In this document: positions 58,223 through 64,000 of the stretch, piece after piece
Numbering within the stretch: position 1 is the first letter of the stretch
How the letters are laid out: each line of letters starts with the position of its first letter
NCBI GenBank assembly: GCA_030141605.1
Contig: JAQGDQ010000344.1
Coordinates: 186,001-250,000 of the forward strand
Source: Tubiluchus corallicola
Taxonomy: Eukaryota > Animalia > Priapulida
Reading direction: 5' to 3'
DNA length: 64,000 nucleotides
The notes under the pieces: generated by a model
Told to the model about the DNA's origin: nothing
Seen by the model: the letters and a program-made list of their open reading frames with translations, nothing else
Databases searched by the model: none
Program-made: the position numbers and the translations under genes

Positions 58223-58797
58223 TTTAATGGAAAACATGACCATTTTTCATATACATGTATTACCCCATTTTCAAGTACGGTAAAAAGCATACATGTTAAC
58301 ACAATTAATACTGCGATAATTAAATAATAGATTAAAATCATAATTAACGGCAGGTGAGCACAACTATTGATGACGTCACAAACGAACACAATTTTCAACA
58401 GCAAAATCATTCCACGAGCGTGTTGCACGTATTTGTGAAAGCAAAAATTGAATTACAGTGCTACTGTAAGATATTTAGTGTGCTGTACTAAAACTAGGCA
58501 AGTTTTAAGATAAAAATTCAAATTTACCGCTGTACTCACGCATGAGCTGTCGAACGTGTGCAGTTTGTCACAAACTAACACATTTGAACTGAAAGGTACA
58601 GCACCTGTTTTTGTGCAAAACATTTCCGAAATGCAGGCGCAAGTGTTCGTTTAATTAGCGAAATGTATGCAACAGCGAAGAACTAGTGGCACGAACGCGA
58701 AATTGTGTTTCACATAAGTCATTTTTGAAAAATAGTATGTTTAGTTTCAATATTTTAAAGATTAGATCTACAGTTTAGGATTGGCTTTGCTTTAAAG
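58223..58797 (-). mobile_element. Kolobok-like MITE, family 3, copy 4
   Basis: Reverse-complement match to copy 1 (e.g. GCATGAGCTGTCGAACGTGTG, CAGCACCTGTTTTTGTGCA). Confidence 0.7.
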
Positions 58798-59572
58798 TTC
58801 TTCACCTAAACGTCACTAACAGCTTCGTTAGAGGTACACCCAAACTACAGTTAATTTTAGTCTTCGAGTCGACTCAAACAGGCGAATTAATGAACGAATT
58901 AGGAAATGACAACTTAAATTTTGTGCATGGCATCAAAAATGTAAATTTAATATCATCACTAACTCACTTTGTAAAATACTCTTTTATTTTAAAATCTTGC
59001 TGCTAAATATGAGTAAAATGGGTCTTAAGTTGAGCAGTTATTGAGATAATTTGTTGTAGCTTTTTGAGGACTTATTGCATTGGGATTTTAAAATTTAGTA
59101 TATTAGTATATTTAACTGCATTTTTATGTTAATAGACAAGAGCTTTGCGTATTAACAACCTTGATTTTACCACTCATTTTAATACTCTTTGTTTAACATC
59201 ACAGTAAATAATGTTATACGCAGCAGTAATAGTGGTAGTGGTAGTGGTAGTGGCAGTGGCAGTGGCAGTGGCTGTGGCAGTGGCTGTGGCAGTAGCAGTA
59301 GCAGTGGGTGGCAGTGACAGTGGCTTTGGTATGGCAGTGGCAGTGGCAGAAACAGTAGTAGTAGTAATGTTTATTCTCCAAGTTTCGTGCAACAACCAGT
59401 TTAAACATTACATAACAATTTTTACGATTTCATGACATATACCGTGTGAAACCTGGGCACTGTAGTATTTTGTTAACAAATTAAGAATAACAAGGCAATT
59501 ATGTTAACACGGTAATTACAGGCACCTAATGAGCTATTTACCCAAATTATAAATGGTACTGCTCGTTTATGT

Positions 59573-60114
59573 TTAAAAGTACACCCCAGTACAAAGCAAC
59601 CATTCCATGAATTTGTATATATCATCAAAATTACCGTTCAAATCTCGAAAGTCACAATTCTCAACATTACGTAATTTACGTGCCAATTCTGTTCTTTTAC
59701 AATTCAAAATTAAATGTTCTTCATCCACAATTAGTAACATAGAATTATAAAACTCACATAATCTATCCTCTCTATGTTGCCAACGACCTTTTTCGATACC
59801 TAAATCGTGTGATATTAATTGCAAACGTACAATATAAAAACATCAGTAAACAATTTTCTCTCATTGTAAAACCCTGACACTAAATCTGGATTAATATTTA
59901 CATAGTACATGTATTTTGACTTTGCTAGAGAAGTCCGTAAACGTATGCAATTCTCTAAATCTTCTTTTCCCATTCGCTTTCTGTTAGCTGCAGTTCCGCA
60001 TTTATCGGCAAGAGATTTATAATAGATTACATATTTACAGTTGCCCTGAGATAGGCAATCTAAGATGAACCCTTGTAGCCAATCTTCACTATACCGTTTC
60101 ATGATCCTATTCAT
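59573..60114 (-). mobile_element. LINE ORF2 C-terminal remnant
   Basis: SHDLGIEKGRW..REDRLC..DEEHLILNC is the decayed C-terminal CCHC region of non-LTR ORF2; frameshifted. Confidence 0.7.
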
Positions 60115-60667
60115 TAAAATTTCAGCACGATTAAAAAGCTAATTACAGAATGCGTAACTTGTATTATTGTAGAATTCACTCTGTCTATGTAAAATTGTAT
60201 AATGTTTGTACAAAAAATGTTGCCTGCAGAAAGAGACTAATGAAGACTTATCATCATCAACAACGCAGTCTCTGATGTTTACATCCTTTTGTAATCAAGT
60301 CCTTGTAATAATTTAAAACACATTATTTTTAAAAAATTTAGGTTTTTAGGACAAATGTAAAATTAGTTGCACTGTCATAAAACTCCTATGCACATTTGCT
60401 GTATTTTTTTTAATGACAGTAATTGATTCATATTGGTTATTTTGCACACTGTTCAGTTAAGATTGACTACAAATATGACAGATTTTTAGTTGAGTTACCA
60501 ATTATTAAATCATACTAATATATTAAGTTCCACACATTCCTCCAAAACGCGGAATACTCATAATAACAATGATTTGCAATATACCTGATCACAGCTGCAA
60601 TCTTCTTGCGAAATTAATTGTTCTCTGTTCCCAATATACATGAATCGGAAAAGTGAGAACCGAAATA

Positions 60668-60726
60668 TTATTATTATCATCATCATCATCGTCGTCGTCG
60701 TCGCCGTCATCATCATCATCACCACC

Positions 60727-60760
<34 letters not shown>

Positions 60761-60781
60761 TCACCACCACCATCATCATCA

Positions 60782-60842
<61 letters not shown>

Positions 60843-60852
60843 TATCATTATT
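60668..60852. repeat. Compound (ATC)(GTC)(ACC) microsatellite
   Basis: Direct reading. Confidence 0.95.
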
Positions 60853-62005
60853 GTACCATGACTCGATGATATTATGCACTGGTATTGGCTCCTTTCTCTG
60901 CAAGGCATCGCAGTGTTAACCCTGTTACAAAGTAAAATGTCATAAAATGTATTTATTTCTAATCAAAATTTTAGTTGACAATGTTTCTGATATGGCGAGT
61001 TTCTGATCTAGAAACTGAGGATTTTGCAAAAAGTAGTTACAGAATTAAACTTTGAAACGATATCACACATTTGTCTCTTCTCTGAACGTCATAATTTTGA
61101 TTTTATTAATTGCGCATTGCTTGATTGCCTTCACAGCAAATTGTAACATTTCTACCAGTGACCTGCGCTAATGCTAAATCTCAATAACGAATCTCTATGA
61201 ATTTCAAGAAGATTTTGCAATTCCTTAAAGGAAAGACGGACGATTGACTATACTCAATCTCATTTTAATTTACTGTCCTAAATATACATTTTCCTGTCTA
61301 TGTATATAGTCTATAAAGTTAGCAATTGTTTCTAGTATTTGAATAATTAACAGCAACTAAACACAGCTACTGCTTACGTCACAAACTAACCACAGTTTGT
61401 GCGATGGTAGACGTCTTTTTTGTGTGCCAAGCACGTTTGCGCAAGCGAAGATTGCTATAAGACGCTCTAAGATGTCACACTGACGTCACAGACGAACACA
61501 GCAGTTCATTATCATGCTGATCACGGTACCGCGCCTATTTATCGGTCACGCGAATGTGACAAAAAGGCCCCTGCAAATCTTAGTGGACTCGCTGAGCCGC
61601 ACATGGCTTTGAAAGTTTAAAAAACTTTACCAACAAGGTAATTATTAGTTAATCTAAGGTTTGATTTCAAAAGAAACTATTGTAACTTTTAATATTTTAG
61701 ATCATACTTTATTTTGAACTAATGCCTACATAGCCGCCCCGCCCAGTATAGTATGCAGTTAAACCTTGAGCATTAACTTATATGTTATATTATTATGATC
61801 CTATAATATTTGTAGTTTATATTTATTGGACAAGGCAGTTTGGAGTGCTTCTGGGAACGTGTGAACGCTTAATGATTAAGCTAGACAGATAATGTGGTAC
61901 TTGAGTGGATGCTGCAGCACTCAAGATGAAGTTCATGATTGAGAGGAGTAGCTGCGATAAAATTACTCCGATTTCATTAGCCTACAATGTGCTGGTGGGA
62001 AATAT

Positions 62006-62060
<55 letters not shown>

Positions 62061-62075
62061 GCACGCACGCACACA

Positions 62076-62119
<44 letters not shown>

Positions 62120-62247
62120 CACACACACTTCCTTTCTTCTCTCTCGCCCTTTCTCTTTCTCTTCCCCCTCTCTCCTCTCGCTTTCTCTCCCTCATTCTAC
62201 TTCTCTTTTTCTATCTCTCTCTACTTTCTCTCTTTCCCTCTCGCTTC

Positions 62248-62292
<45 letters not shown>

Positions 62293-62339
62293 TCTCTCCC
62301 TCCCTCTCCCTCTCGTTTTCTTTCTATCTTTCTTTCTAC

Positions 62340-64000
<1,661 letters not shown>

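Overview
AT-rich, microsatellite-rich genomic DNA of an animal (most likely an invertebrate; organism not identifiable from sequence alone), with spliceosomal GT-AG genes. Gene models were built by hand from splice sites and phase continuity. (1) A minus-strand PDGF/VEGF-family gene with signal peptide, VEGF-C-like propeptide motif, mucin-like stalk, CUB and cystine knot; its 3' end is unresolved. (2) A head-to-head, six-exon astacin metalloprotease (+, 9706..28823). Its 13-kb last intron contains (3) a nested antisense nine-exon PAN-FReD-FReD (fibrinogen-domain lectin-like) gene. A tandem duplication starting inside astacin exon 5 and ending just past its stop codon (15411..28854 -> 28855..44085) produced (4) a second PAN-FReD-FReD copy, with a duplicated exon 2 and a 1-bp frameshift in exon 6, plus a dead astacin last exon. 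Downstream lie (5) an alpha-1,2-fucosyltransferase (GT11) with an intronless CDS and (6) a possible small secreted-peptide gene. Introns hold hAT, piggyBac-like, Kolobok-like and TA-flanked MITEs, LINE remnants and a SINE. They also hold a 106-bp minisatellite made from a reverse-transcriptase FADD motif, and Penelope/retrozyme-type insertions with hammerhead ribozyme motifs, one with a compensatory U3-A8 core in the sense strand of the astacin pre-mRNA.
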